Origin: a virus
Length of the DNA stretch: 64,000 nucleotides
IMG/VR virus record: IMGVR_UViG_3300009788_000088
Direction: 5' to 3' (one strand)
Part shown: positions 1 through 9,413 of the stretch, one piece after another
Numbering within the stretch: the stretch's first letter is position 1
Layout: each line of letters starts with the position of its first letter
Notes under the pieces: model-generated
Told to the model about the DNA's origin: nothing
What the model saw: the letters and a program-made list of their open reading frames with translations, nothing else
The model's database searches: none
Made by a program: the position numbers and the translations under genes

Positions 1-514
1 TCTGATTAACAAGATTGATTGTGGGCACTATGATAAGAGTTTGACGTTTCGTTATCTCCATGTAATTAGCCACAGCGTACATGACAGCCGATTTACCAGA
101 GGATGTGGGAAGGGATATCGCACGGCGCTTGTTCCGGAGCATCTGATAGATAGCCTCATACTGATAATGTCGAACATCAGCATCACCCGGAAGATGAATC
201 CCTAGACCATCCACATAGGCCAGAATGTCTCTCCGGTCTATGGGCATATGGTCCGCCGCTGGAAGCTCTATAGAGAACTTACCCAATCTGGCGAACTCTA
301 TCAGACGATCACGCTGACCAATAGGAAACAAACTTTGTTTAAAACTATACAAAGAAACGAAGCCATCCCAGATTTTGGCCTTGTACCGGGGCATATGCTT
401 GTAATCAGGCGGACGCCAACTCATCCACTCACGAAGTGATTCCCGGATACCACGCTCAGCGTTTACCCGATAATAGACTTCGTTGTATTTAATAACCTTT
501 ATATCAGGGGGCAA
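1..514 (-). CDS. uvsW: UvsW-type SF2 DNA helicase, 5' part (runs off the left edge; TTG start at 514)
   Basis: Not in ORF track. Manual translation gives MPPDIKVIKYNEVYYRVNAERGIRESLREWMSWRPPDYKHMPRYKAKIWDG...RRAISLPTSSGKSAVMY...TLIIVPTINLVNQ, matching the T4 UvsW N-terminus, helicase motif I (PTSSGKS) and motif Ia (IIVPT). Lies downstream of uvsY. Confidence 0.9.
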   Translation of the reverse strand, partial: MPPDIKVIKYNEVYYRVNAERGIRESLREWMSWRPPDYKHMPRYKAKIWDGFVSLYSFKQSLFPIGQRDRLIEFARLGKFSIELPAADHMPIDRRDILAYVDGLGIHLPGDADVRHYQYEAIYQMLRNKRRAISLPTSSGKSAVMYAVANYMEITKRQTLIIVPTINLVNQ

Positions 515-713
515 TTTCGTCTGGGAGATCAATCCCAACCTTGCGTAGAATGTCCCTTGCCTGTTGCCCACCATCTACCATCAATGGAGGCGTTTGATAG
601 ACTTGACCGGGAATGACTTTGGCCGGAGTGAAATGGGGTTGCCAGTTGTTCCGATCCCCATAAAATTTTAAAATTTCAACCAATAGATTTGTTGTCGCCG
701 TATCAATATCCAT
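504..713 (-). CDS. hypothetical protein
   Basis: 69-aa ORF with AGGAG RBS between uvsY and uvsW; stop overlaps the uvsW start. Confidence 0.65.
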   Translation of the reverse strand: MDIDTATTNLLVEILKFYGDRNNWQPHFTPAKVIPGQVYQTPPLMVDGGQQARDILRKVGIDLPDEIAP

Positions 714-724
714 AACAATCTCCT

Positions 725-1150
725 TTAAATAATTCCTCCGCCAGCTTCAAATTTCTTCACACCTATCTCTGCTTTAATAAACCATATCCATCCGTCTAAA
801 GTTTCAGTCTGGTTCTCTACGAATGTCATTTCTGTTTCTAAGAGATTGGTAGCATATTGTTGTTCTCTAACTGGTTCACTTCCTGCTACAAATAATTTAA
901 ACTCATCTTGTGCCCCAAGTCTAAGAGGAGAGTTGGTTTTAAAATGTTTATGTGTTTCCATCTTCATCCTATCCAACTGTTTCTTTGATTCGAAGAACTT
1001 TCCTTTCTTCAGAACGAATAGGGAAACTAGCTCATATCTTAACTTCAACAATCTTTCATATTCATCAATCAGGATTGTTCTATCAACATTAAGCTTATCT
1101 TTCAAATATGGTTGAAGTTCGTTCATGGTTGTTGGAATTGATATTTTCAT
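725..1150 (-). CDS. uvsY: recombination mediator UvsY
   Basis: 141-aa helical protein ending KKFEAGG (T4 UvsY ends RAFEAGK); size and adjacency to uvsW fit. Confidence 0.8.
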   Translation of the reverse strand: MKISIPTTMNELQPYLKDKLNVDRTILIDEYERLLKLRYELVSLFVLKKGKFFESKKQLDRMKMETHKHFKTNSPLRLGAQDEFKLFVAGSEPVREQQYATNLLETEMTFVENQTETLDGWIWFIKAEIGVKKFEAGGGII

Positions 1151-1263
1151 TTAACCTAATCCTTTTTTTTTTTCAAAAGTCCCGTACCAGAATATAAGTA
1201 GGACAATCTTTAATTCTAAACCTGTTATGGAGCATTATACACAAAACCCAAAAAAATGTTATC

Positions 1264-1305
1264 AAAAAAATGCCCCCAAGAATAGAAAGGTTCCGGGGGC
1301 ATTTT
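1264..1305 (-). terminator. intrinsic terminator
   Basis: Inverted repeat AAAATGCCCCC...GGGGGCATTTT with an A-run (U-tract on - strand) downstream of the 1330..1701 gene. Confidence 0.7.
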
Positions 1306-1329
1306 CTTATCAATTCGGGTGATATAGGA

Positions 1330-1701
1330 TTATTTTTCCTCTTCCTCTTCCTCTTCCTCTTCCTCATCCTCACCGTTTTTAGCATCTTTACCATTTTCCT
1401 TCTTCTTTTCCCCGATGTCCGGCTTGTCCTTGTCGGCATCTTCGCCGTCATCATCCTTCTCATCCTTTTCTTTCGCCTTGAATTGTTCGATGAGTCTGTT
1501 GATGTCGGAGATGTCTCGGCCTTCTTTAAGACCCAGCTTTGATTTGACAATTTTCGTGACGGTTCCATAGAACTTTTCGGATTCTTTGGATTCGTCATAC
1601 GTTTTAGCGGCGGCTGTCTTAGCCTGTTCGTAATATTGCTCCGCTTTCTCCAGTGGTACTCCCGCCTTCTTCGCTAGGGCGGCTAGGGCTGGTGCTGGCA
1701 T
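1330..1701 (-). CDS. hypothetical late protein with acidic C-terminal tail (possible head-associated protein)
   Basis: 123 aa, GGAGG RBS, co-transcribed with gp3 from the - strand late promoter; poly-Glu tail. Confidence 0.7.
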   Translation of the reverse strand: MPAPALAALAKKAGVPLEKAEQYYEQAKTAAAKTYDESKESEKFYGTVTKIVKSKLGLKEGRDISDINRLIEQFKAKEKDEKDDDGEDADKDKPDIGEKKKENGKDAKNGEDEEEEEEEEEEK

Positions 1702-1713
1702 GATTATACCTCC

Positions 1714-2190
1714 TTATAATGGTTCCTGTGCGATTTCGAAATAAGAATATGAGAACGTGACAGTTCCAACGAAGACCGCCGTGTCCCGGTTATCCAACTG
1801 AAGGTCTGATAGTTGGGTGGGGTGAAGGTCAAAGAATCTGATTATGGTTAGAATGTTATTTTTATTACTATTGATAAACAGGTTTGCTGTGGTAGTTTTC
1901 GTCAAATCTCCATCCAAGTCGGCTGGGTTAACTGTACCATGCATCCATTTAAAAATTTCCAGATATGTTCCAATTCCTTCATCTACATTATATTCCAAGG
2001 TTAGAGGACTGAAAGTCATTCTATCACCCGGAGCGGAGAACGTTCCCATTCTACCCGGCACCTTGACTTCAGGAAGGTCCACGCCGGGTAAGTTGACACT
2101 AACAATCCATATATTGAGCTTATCAAATTCGTTTGCTATGAATCGGTAATTTTGTCGGCTCTGACGGTCTAATTGATTTATTATGGACAA
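1714..2190 (-). CDS. gp3: tail tube terminator / tail completion protein (T4 gp3-like)
   Basis: SVNLPGVDL...PGDRMTFSPLTLEYNVDE...YLEIFKWM...F.DLHPTQLSDL...VTFSYSYF is the gp3/gp19-fold signature; adjacent to gp2. Confidence 0.85.
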   Translation of the reverse strand: MSIINQLDRQSRQNYRFIANEFDKLNIWIVSVNLPGVDLPEVKVPGRMGTFSAPGDRMTFSPLTLEYNVDEGIGTYLEIFKWMHGTVNPADLDGDLTKTTTANLFINSNKNNILTIIRFFDLHPTQLSDLQLDNRDTAVFVGTVTFSYSYFEIAQEPL

Positions 2191-2201
2191 GGTGATTCTC
2201 C

Positions 2202-2242
2202 TTTGAAGTATTTATAACATCAGAGAATATAAATACTTAAAA
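2202..2242. promoter_or_regulatory. back-to-back divergent T4-type late promoters (- strand TATAAATA at 2209-2216; + strand at 2228-2235)
   Basis: TATAAATACTTCAAA on - strand and TATAAATACTTAAAA on + strand, 11 bp apart, between gp3 and gp2. Confidence 0.85.
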
Positions 2243-2260
2243 CTGTTATGATAAGGAGGA

Positions 2261-2998
2261 TTGATGCCCCCAAGACCAACGCCGAAGCCCCGCAGGAAAT
2301 ATGAGGCCCGGTATGTACAAGACCTGTCCAAATTGGGCAAATTTTTGGATCAGTCTATTGAATTCGTCGATAAGGCAAATCAATGGTACACAAACATAGT
2401 TCTGGGCAATCGTAAACAGGTCAAGCCTTCACGGGTTACCCTGAGCAATATGTATTATTTTAAATACTTTGCAAAATATTATCATGACGTGCGGAATGCT
2501 GATGGCACCCCACGGCTTCCATATTACGATCAGAACCCGCTCAGCATTATTATTGACTTCGATCCGAAGCATCAATTGTTCCTTGGAATGAACGTTCATT
2601 ACATTGCTCCAAGGAGGCGGTATGATTTTATTTATGATGCACTCCGGGTGAACGGGGCCAATATTTACACTCAGAAGCCTATCAATATTCCATATGTGTG
2701 GGTCAAGCAGAGACATGCTGACCTTTTGGTAATGACTCATAAGTACATTCCCCAGAGGATGTCTCAGATAACCCGTATTCCACTTCTGGAATGGGAGAAC
2801 GCCATTTATCTGGATAGTCCGAAGTGGATTGGAGCCACACAGAGCGAAGTTCTTATGCAAGCAAGACGCCAGCGGGAGAAGGTTGGGGTCAGAAGAAAGA
2901 GGAAGTTGGAGAAGCCGCCGGGAAGACCAACAGAACCAAAACGCCGTCCGACCGGAGCCCGTGGTACGAAGCGCCGTACTGTTAAAGGTACACGTTAA
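2261..2998 (+). CDS. gp2: DNA end protector protein (T4 gp2-like) with basic C-terminal extension
   Basis: MYYFKYFAKY...LPYYDQNPL...FLGMNVHY...HKY...EWENAIYL matches the gp2 family pattern. Confidence 0.85.
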   Translation: MMPPRPTPKPRRKYEARYVQDLSKLGKFLDQSIEFVDKANQWYTNIVLGNRKQVKPSRVTLSNMYYFKYFAKYYHDVRNADGTPRLPYYDQNPLSIIIDFDPKHQLFLGMNVHYIAPRRRYDFIYDALRVNGANIYTQKPINIPYVWVKQRHADLLVMTHKYIPQRMSQITRIPLLEWENAIYLDSPKWIGATQSEVLMQARRQREKVGVRRKRKLEKPPGRPTEPKRRPTGARGTKRRTVKGTR

Positions 2999-3522
2999 TG
3001 AAATTAGATAATCCATATCCATTCGATAGAAGTAGTCAGGGTAACTCCAAGAATTGGGGGAGGCGTAGAGTCGCCGCCAAGTACAGTGGAGATATGACTT
3101 TTGAAATCTTCTTCAAGGCTGGTCCTATTGATTTGGTTGGTACGGTCGCTATGGAATTTCTGTTTGGACTCAAGCTAGGTCACATCTACTATCACGAAGT
3201 TGGTGTCCGTGGAAATGGAAGGTGGGATCGAACCAAGTATAATGGACAAGGAGTAGCCATCAGGGTTTATTCTACCATTATATCATTCATGAATTTTATA
3301 AGTGAAAAGGAAGAGGTTGACGCTTTCCATTTCACTGGCCGGGACGTGGCTCAACAAAACATCTTAGATAATATCGTGGCGGAAACTGAGGTTCACTGGC
3401 CGGGATTTGTGTTCGTGGATTCATTAATTATATCCAATGGAGATAAAGTTTACCTTATGTGTAAAGAATCAATCATGAAAAACCAACAATCGAATCTTCT
3501 GGAATACGTGGAGAACATGTAA
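2998..3522 (+). CDS. hypothetical protein
   Basis: 174-aa ORF translationally coupled (TAATG) to gp2 and to the next gene. Confidence 0.7.
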   Translation: MKLDNPYPFDRSSQGNSKNWGRRRVAAKYSGDMTFEIFFKAGPIDLVGTVAMEFLFGLKLGHIYYHEVGVRGNGRWDRTKYNGQGVAIRVYSTIISFMNFISEKEEVDAFHFTGRDVAQQNILDNIVAETEVHWPGFVFVDSLIISNGDKVYLMCKESIMKNQQSNLLEYVENM

Positions 3523-4013
3523 TGGGGTTGAAGAGGTTTAAACAATTCATTATTGAACAGGATGTTCAGAAGGTTGGAAAATTCCGTATTACATCTGACA
3601 TCAAACATCTAAGTCGGGGTGAATGGGATGTTATGCTCAAGGCCGCCCGGATTGTTGGCCAGAAGCTTAAAGGAAAGATCAAGGTTGTGGCCAGTGGGGA
3701 TATCATCATAGGATACCCCGAAGATTACATCCCGGAACAAAAGCAACATAAGACTGTCTATGGTGGTGTTTACGTGGTGAAGGATGATAAAATTGTTATC
3801 TTCCAACATTACCTCCGTGACGTGAATTCACTGGTAGAACTCCTTCTCCATGAGCTTGGTCATAGACATTGGCACAAGTTTCTTGGAGCTAAAAAACGGG
3901 CATACTGGCAAGAGGCACATGGCAGTGAACGTGCGGCCCGTGAAGAATATGCTAATCAATTTGCAGATAGTATGAGAGGTGGTTTTACATTTAGTGGGGT
4001 TGTGAAGTCATAA
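3522..4013 (+). CDS. putative HExxH zinc metallopeptidase-like protein with capsid-targeting-like N-terminus
   Basis: LLHELGHRHW with downstream REEYANQFA; N-terminus MGLKRFKQFIIE. Confidence 0.6.
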   Translation: MGLKRFKQFIIEQDVQKVGKFRITSDIKHLSRGEWDVMLKAARIVGQKLKGKIKVVASGDIIIGYPEDYIPEQKQHKTVYGGVYVVKDDKIVIFQHYLRDVNSLVELLLHELGHRHWHKFLGAKKRAYWQEAHGSERAAREEYANQFADSMRGGFTFSGVVKS

Positions 4014-4017
4014 CGTT

Positions 4018-4032
4018 TATAAATATTTAAAA
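4018..4032 (+). promoter_or_regulatory. late promoter (TATAAATATTTAAAA)
   Basis: Exact TATAAATA upstream of the portal gene. Confidence 0.8.
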
Positions 4033-4054
4033 GATCGACAATAAAGGGAAAATT

Positions 4055-5686
4055 ATGTCCGGATTACTCCGTAAGATGATGTTCAAATTTAAAGGTAGTA
4101 CCCGTGCTGATGTGGTCTCCCAGACTACAGAGGTGGGGTTTACTGAAGAAGAACTGAATCTATATGCTCCACCTGAGTGGCATACATTCCGCCAGACCAT
4201 GGGTGGAATGACCACAAAGACCAACAAAATCAATTACCCGAAACTCATCAAGACATGGCGGCAAATGTCAGAGATGGCAGAGGTTGAAGATGCTATTGAA
4301 GAGATTACTAATGAAGCTGTGGTGATGGATGATGAACGGGATATCATTGATATCACTTTCACCGAAGATGACAAAAACAAACTCTCCGAAGAAGATAAGA
4401 AAAAGATCGAATTGGAGTGGGGCCGTGTCAAGAAGCTTTTAAGTATTAACCGTAAGTTGGATGAACTCTTCCGACAGGCTTATATTGATGGTGCCTTATA
4501 TTTAGAGAATGTTTATTATTTGGATGATCTCAAGAAGGGTATTATCAAACTCAACCTTCTGGCTCCCCACCACATGGAAATTTTTTATGATCAGGATGGG
4601 AGACGGTATTTCAAGTATACACCAGTGGCGGACAACAAAGCCACGGCCGCTTACCGTCGGGAAGATTCCTACATTCTCGATGATAATTTAGTTACTTTCG
4701 TGTCCATGGGATATTGGAACATTGATAAAACTGTTCCTTTATCCTTCCTGAATAGGTCTGTTCGTGTTGCTAACCAGTTGAGGATGATGGAGGATGCTCT
4801 TGTCATTTACAGGATGGTTCGGGCACCTGAGCGGAGAGCTTTTTATATAGATGTTGGAAAGATGCCCAAAGCGAAAGCCGAACAACATATTCAGAATCTA
4901 GCAAACAAATATCGCAACACAAAAATTTACAACACGTCTACAGGGGAAATAGAGACGGCCAAGTTGACATTAGCCGCAGTTGAGGATTTCTGGCTTCCTC
5001 GACGTGAGGGTAAGGGAACTGAGATTGAAACTCTTCAGGGTGGACAAGCTCTTGGTGAGACGGATGATATTGTATACTTCCTTAAGAAGTTATACAAGAC
5101 TTTAAAGGTTCCTAGCGGCCGTCTGAGTGCAGAATCAATTTTTGTGGGTTCACGGACTACAGAAATTACCCGTGAGGAATTACGGTTCTATAAGTTCATA
5201 CAAAAACTTCGTCGTATGTTCAATATTGTATTCATAGACATCATCAAGAAGAACCTTATTATCACTGGGAAGATGTCACAACATGATTGGAATAAAGTAG
5301 AAGACTTTATTACATTTGACTGGGCATCTGACAACCGCTTCAGTGAGATGACAAAACTAGAGGTCATGACAGAACGGATGAATGTGGTCTCAAGTGCGGA
5401 TGGGTATTTAGGACGTTACTTCTCCAGACAGTATATTATGATGGAACTTTTAAATTTTACAGAAGAAGATATCAAAGAAATGGACGAGCAAATTGAACAG
5501 GAGATTAGCGATGGTTGGATTGAAGGAGCGAGTCCTGATGATGAAGATGGAGGAGGGTTTGATGAACCTGAATTCAAGTCCGATAAACCACCACCCGGTC
5601 AACAACCGCAAGAAATAGAACCCACACCAATAAGTCCCCCGCCGAAAGAACCCGAAAAAAAGGCGGGGGGTAACCAAGGAGGCTAG
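4055..5686 (+). CDS. gp20: portal protein (T4 gp20)
   Basis: NQLRMMEDALVIYRMVRAPERRAFYIDVGKMPKAKAEQ...EDFWLPRREGKGTEIETL...ITREELRFYKFI, the canonical gp20 motifs. Confidence 0.97.
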   Translation: MSGLLRKMMFKFKGSTRADVVSQTTEVGFTEEELNLYAPPEWHTFRQTMGGMTTKTNKINYPKLIKTWRQMSEMAEVEDAIEEITNEAVVMDDERDIIDITFTEDDKNKLSEEDKKKIELEWGRVKKLLSINRKLDELFRQAYIDGALYLENVYYLDDLKKGIIKLNLLAPHHMEIFYDQDGRRYFKYTPVADNKATAAYRREDSYILDDNLVTFVSMGYWNIDKTVPLSFLNRSVRVANQLRMMEDALVIYRMVRAPERRAFYIDVGKMPKAKAEQHIQNLANKYRNTKIYNTSTGEIETAKLTLAAVEDFWLPRREGKGTEIETLQGGQALGETDDIVYFLKKLYKTLKVPSGRLSAESIFVGSRTTEITREELRFYKFIQKLRRMFNIVFIDIIKKNLIITGKMSQHDWNKVEDFITFDWASDNRFSEMTKLEVMTERMNVVSSADGYLGRYFSRQYIMMELLNFTEEDIKEMDEQIEQEISDGWIEGASPDDEDGGGFDEPEFKSDKPPPGQQPQEIEPTPISPPPKEPEKKAGGNQGG

Positions 5687-5688
5687 TT

Positions 5689-5868
5689 ATGAAAAAAAGA
5701 GAAATGCTTAAACACGTCGTTAACGGAGAGATGTCCGATTTTAAGGATACCTTCAATCAGGAAGTTGATTCCAGAGTTGGGCAGGAATCTGCCATGATTC
5801 GGGATAATGTAAGAGCAGAGTTTGGTAACGCTCCGGCTGGCGATGGTGGCAACGGAGAAGATGAGTAA
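5689..5868 (+). CDS. gp67: small prohead core protein (gp67-like)
   Basis: Not in track (59 aa): MKKREMLKHVVNGEMSDFKDTFNQEVDSRVGQESAMIRDNVRAEFGNAPAGDGGNGEDE. Directly after the portal like T4 gene 67; helical with acidic tail. Confidence 0.55.
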   Translation: MKKREMLKHVVNGEMSDFKDTFNQEVDSRVGQESAMIRDNVRAEFGNAPAGDGGNGEDE

Positions 5869-5874
5869 AAGTAT

Positions 5875-5889
5875 TATAAATACTTAAAA
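5875..5889 (+). promoter_or_regulatory. late promoter (TATAAATACTTAAAA)
   Basis: Consensus upstream of the sheath gene. Confidence 0.85.
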
Positions 5890-5916
5890 ACCAGCCCAAG
5901 TTAAAGGAGAAGAGTA

Positions 5917-7779
5917 ATGCCCAACATTATTTCACCCGGAGTATATATTTCGGAAGAAGACCTGTCGGCCGTAACCCCGGCGGTTCCGGCTTCCGTAGGT
6001 GCGTTTGCGGGACTCTTCGCCAAGGGACCAGTGTTCACTCCAGTTCTAGTCACTAATGAACTGGAATTTGTTGATATTTTTGGAACTCCAAGCAATGCGA
6101 ATTATGATCATTTTTATACTGTTTGGAATTTTCTTCAGTATGCGGGAGCGATTTACGTGGTCAGGTGTGTTGACCCGGATACCGCTTTGAACGCTGGGAT
6201 GGCTGTCCAATCTGACAGTGTTTCTGTAGTCCTTTTGGTTGATGATGCTTCCGTTCATGATGTAGGGGATACCCTTACCGGAAGTGATTCAGGAGCCACA
6301 GGAACTATTGATGTGATTGACGGGAACTACATTGATGTAACCATCCTGACACTGGCATTTGAAGACGGCGAAACTGTTACGGATGATAATGGAGCGGATA
6401 CTTCTATTATCCAAACAATCCTTATGGCGAATACCCAGCATTCGGCGTATATCGAAGACCTTGATAGTTATGATGATGCTGAAGTGGTTGGTGATGTGCT
6501 TCATATCTATTCCAAATATCCCGGCATTGAAGGCAACGATTACAAAGTTGCCATCGCAGGGCCAACCAACCTGTCAGAAGCAATTGTTCTGGGTGGAACC
6601 CAGACATTTGCGGATGTTTTAGAAGAGATACCATCAGCGGCTAAAAACGAATACGCTGTACTCGTTTTAACATCAACTGATGACATTGTTGAAAAATTGG
6701 TTGTGTCGTTGACCCCACAGAATACCAATGACAGGGGAGATGTAAATTACATTGACGCCTATCTTCGCAATAATTCCAGATACCTCACCGGATACAAGAA
6801 TGCCAATGTCGATTTTGTAGAAGACGTGTTGGTACAATCTGTTGCAATGGCTGGCGGAGATGATGGGGTTGCTGGCATCGCTGATGGTGATTATATGAAG
6901 GGGTACGATTTATTTGCTAATACAGAGCAAATCGATGTAACCTTTACTATCGCCGGTCCCCATACATCAGATACGATGCATGATTACATCACTCAAAGTG
7001 TAGTTGAAATTGGTAAGTTGTCCGTAGCCTTCCTTGACTGTCCGAAATCGGATGTTGTTGGAACAGCGCTAATAGACAGCGCCAGACTCACTGCTCTGAA
7101 AACTACTTATGATGATCTTGACAGCAAGTATGCCTTCCCTCTGACCAACTGGAAGAATCAGTACGATAAGTGGAATCAGGAATATCGTTGGATTCCGTTG
7201 GGCGGGGACATTGCTGGCCTCTGGGCACAGAGTGCTGTTGAGAAAGAGCCGTGGTTCGCAGTTGGAGCCTTCGATGCTCAAATTAAAAACGTTAACAAAC
7301 TGGCATGGAATCCAGCACAAGCATACAGGGATCAACTGGCTGTTGCAAGGCTGAACGCCATCACAACATTTGCTGGACAAGGAACGGTTATCTTCAGTCA
7401 GAGAATCTTGACTGGTACAGCTTCAGCGCTGAACAGGATGAACGTGCGTATGCTTCTTATCTACATTGAGAAAGCCCTATCCAAATCACTTCCAGCGTTC
7501 TTGTTCAAACCGAATGATAGTTTCTTGAGAAGTCAGATTTCTGCTCTTGTTATCTCCTTTATGAACGATATTGAAGGTCGTAGAGGGGTCAATGACCCAG
7601 AGGGTGGAGAAGCTTTCCGTGTGGTATGTGATACCACAAACAACACTCAAGAAGTTATCGACAACCAGCAAGTTCGTGTAGACCTTCTTCTGAAGCCCAC
7701 ACAGGCGGCGGAATCAATTCTGCTTAACGTTGCGGTTACCAGAAGTGGTGCCAGCTTCGATGAAATTGTAGGCCGTTAA
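5917..7779 (+). CDS. gp18: tail sheath protein (gp18)
   Basis: ISPGVYISEEDLS...GAFAGLFAKGPV...NWKNQYDKWNQEYRWIPLGGDIAGL...NRMNVRMLLIYIEK...FRVVCDTTNNT. Confidence 0.97.
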   Translation: MPNIISPGVYISEEDLSAVTPAVPASVGAFAGLFAKGPVFTPVLVTNELEFVDIFGTPSNANYDHFYTVWNFLQYAGAIYVVRCVDPDTALNAGMAVQSDSVSVVLLVDDASVHDVGDTLTGSDSGATGTIDVIDGNYIDVTILTLAFEDGETVTDDNGADTSIIQTILMANTQHSAYIEDLDSYDDAEVVGDVLHIYSKYPGIEGNDYKVAIAGPTNLSEAIVLGGTQTFADVLEEIPSAAKNEYAVLVLTSTDDIVEKLVVSLTPQNTNDRGDVNYIDAYLRNNSRYLTGYKNANVDFVEDVLVQSVAMAGGDDGVAGIADGDYMKGYDLFANTEQIDVTFTIAGPHTSDTMHDYITQSVVEIGKLSVAFLDCPKSDVVGTALIDSARLTALKTTYDDLDSKYAFPLTNWKNQYDKWNQEYRWIPLGGDIAGLWAQSAVEKEPWFAVGAFDAQIKNVNKLAWNPAQAYRDQLAVARLNAITTFAGQGTVIFSQRILTGTASALNRMNVRMLLIYIEKALSKSLPAFLFKPNDSFLRSQISALVISFMNDIEGRRGVNDPEGGEAFRVVCDTTNNTQEVIDNQQVRVDLLLKPTQAAESILLNVAVTRSGASFDEIVGR

Positions 7780-7795
7780 TTAAAGGAGAAAGATA

Positions 7796-8332
7796 ATGGC
7801 AAGTAAAAACTCAATTGAAAGGTTCAAGGCCCAGTTTGGGCCGGGGGCACGTCAGAACCTCTTCGAAGTCATTTTCCAGCTTCCTCCGGGGCTATCAGTT
7901 CCGGGTGATGCGGCCACGGGTGAAACACTGAGCTTTATGGTGAAGTCTGCGTCTATCCCGAATATGAACATTGCTCCCATTGATGCGGTTTACCATAGGG
8001 GGATGAAAATTCGTCTATCCGGAGACCCCACTTTTGCGGAGTGGCCATGTGGGTTCTGGCTTGACAAGAAGTTCGGTGCATATAAGACGATGCTTTCATG
8101 GATGCACCTTGTTCGTGATCCCGTAACCAACGTTGCTTCAGAGCCACAGCTTTACAAAGGTGGAGCCGAAGTCCATCAACTGGATGAGGCTGGAGAAGTT
8201 CTTTATAGTGTTCAACTGAATGGCCTCTGGCCGACAGATATCAGCGAAGTCGCTTATGATACTTCAGCGGAAAGCACTATCGAAGAGTTCAACGTGACTT
8301 ACGCATATGATTACTTCTTCCCGCTAGACTAA
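7796..8332 (+). CDS. gp19: tail tube protein (gp19)
   Basis: GARQNLFEV...GDPTFAEW...V.QLD..G...GLWPTDISEVAYD...IEEFNVTYAYDY. Confidence 0.95.
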   Translation: MASKNSIERFKAQFGPGARQNLFEVIFQLPPGLSVPGDAATGETLSFMVKSASIPNMNIAPIDAVYHRGMKIRLSGDPTFAEWPCGFWLDKKFGAYKTMLSWMHLVRDPVTNVASEPQLYKGGAEVHQLDEAGEVLYSVQLNGLWPTDISEVAYDTSAESTIEEFNVTYAYDYFFPLD

Positions 8333-8345
8333 GAGGTGAGGCCAT

Positions 8346-9053
8346 ATGGCGTTTAATCTCTTAGAATTGGCCCGATTCTCAGTTCTTGTGCCCGTGGACC
8401 TAGCCCGATTTGGGCTGACACGGGCACATCATTTTTCATTTCATATTGACGTGTCCCCAAGCGTGTTAAAAATGGGGTCCACAAATTTCGAATATCTAAT
8501 GAAACGTCATATGGATGAACTGAGATGGAAGGCTTTACAGTCCTCTGCCATGCATTTGGTACAGGGGGTCTACTGTAAAGGTGTGTCTGTTCCATCCATT
8601 AATTTAGAGACAGAAAAGCAAAGGATTAATAGCCGTATCCGCACGGTTGCTATGATGAAGAGTTATGATACCCTGAATGTGGATTTCTTCCATGATAGGG
8701 ATGGGGCTCTCCGTCGTTTTATGTATTGGTGGATGTTCGCTATTGATCAGAATGATTCTAATCCTTACCGACTGTTCCCGAATGAATATAAATCTACAAT
8801 GCGGATTGTTATTTATAATGATTATCAACAACCAGCGGTAGAGATCATTTTTGAGGGATGCTTTCCTTCAGTTTTGGGTGATCTTCCATTGGCCCATGCT
8901 AGTGAGAATGAATTTGCGTCCTTCCAAACAACTTTCGATTATGACCGTTATGTCTATAAAGAGCACGGTATGGTAACACCCGGAGGATTATCAGCACTTC
9001 TCCGGACTGCCATTCCACCCCCCTCATCATTAACCGCTCTCCTTAAAAAGTAA
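8346..9053 (+). CDS. gp54: baseplate tail-tube initiator (gp54-like, tube fold)
   Basis: Tube-fold pattern GLTRAHHF...CKGVSVP...F..CFPSVLGDL.L...TTFDYDRY; follows gp19. Confidence 0.7.
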   Translation: MAFNLLELARFSVLVPVDLARFGLTRAHHFSFHIDVSPSVLKMGSTNFEYLMKRHMDELRWKALQSSAMHLVQGVYCKGVSVPSINLETEKQRINSRIRTVAMMKSYDTLNVDFFHDRDGALRRFMYWWMFAIDQNDSNPYRLFPNEYKSTMRIVIYNDYQQPAVEIIFEGCFPSVLGDLPLAHASENEFASFQTTFDYDRYVYKEHGMVTPGGLSALLRTAIPPPSSLTALLKK

Positions 9054-9058
9054 AACAT

Positions 9059-9081
9059 ACCTCCCGAAATTGGGGGGTTTT
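9059..9081 (+). terminator. intrinsic terminator
   Basis: ACCTCCC-GAAATT-GGGGGGT followed by T tract. Confidence 0.65.
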
Positions 9082-9084
9082 GTT

Positions 9085-9099
9085 TATAAATACTTAAAA
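9085..9099 (+). promoter_or_regulatory. late promoter
   Basis: TATAAATACTTAAAA. Confidence 0.85.
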
Positions 9100-9117
9100 A
9101 ACAAGGAGTAGTGAGTT

Positions 9118-9411
9118 ATGTTTTCTAAAATTGATTTAACCAAGATACCTAGAATATTAATCGCCAAGTATGTGGGTGCTACGCTTGCTCATGGATTTGG
9201 TATAGGTACGTTTTGCCTCTTTGGGTTTATGGGCTTCGGGAATATGTGGGGGTATCTTACTTCGGGAGAAAATTTTATTGAACTTAGTTTTAATGAAGCG
9301 ATTACTGCTTTAGTCGTTTTGGTCTGTTGTATGTTTATTATTGTTTGTACTGGGAGTATAGTGGATGATCTATGGGTTAAAATTGTTGAAGCGAATAAAA
9401 AGGAGGGTTAA
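9118..9411 (+). CDS. hypothetical membrane protein (2 predicted TM segments)
   Basis: Two hydrophobic stretches; AGGAG RBS; first gene after a late promoter. Confidence 0.65.
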   Translation: MFSKIDLTKIPRILIAKYVGATLAHGFGIGTFCLFGFMGFGNMWGYLTSGENFIELSFNEAITALVVLVCCMFIIVCTGSIVDDLWVKIVEANKKEG

Positions 9412-9413
9412 TC

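Noticed and set aside
1163-1173. T11 homopolymer upstream of uvsY as a phase-variation switch
   Set aside because: It is intergenic, just 5' of the RBS (an A-rich enhancer on the - strand); length changes would not shift a frame and there is no evidence of variation.
1173-1598. Alternative ORFs 1173..1598 (-) and 1270..1542 (+, very hydrophobic)
   Set aside because: Shadow frames of the GAA/GAG-rich acidic tail of 1330..1701; they lack an RBS and run through the terminator.
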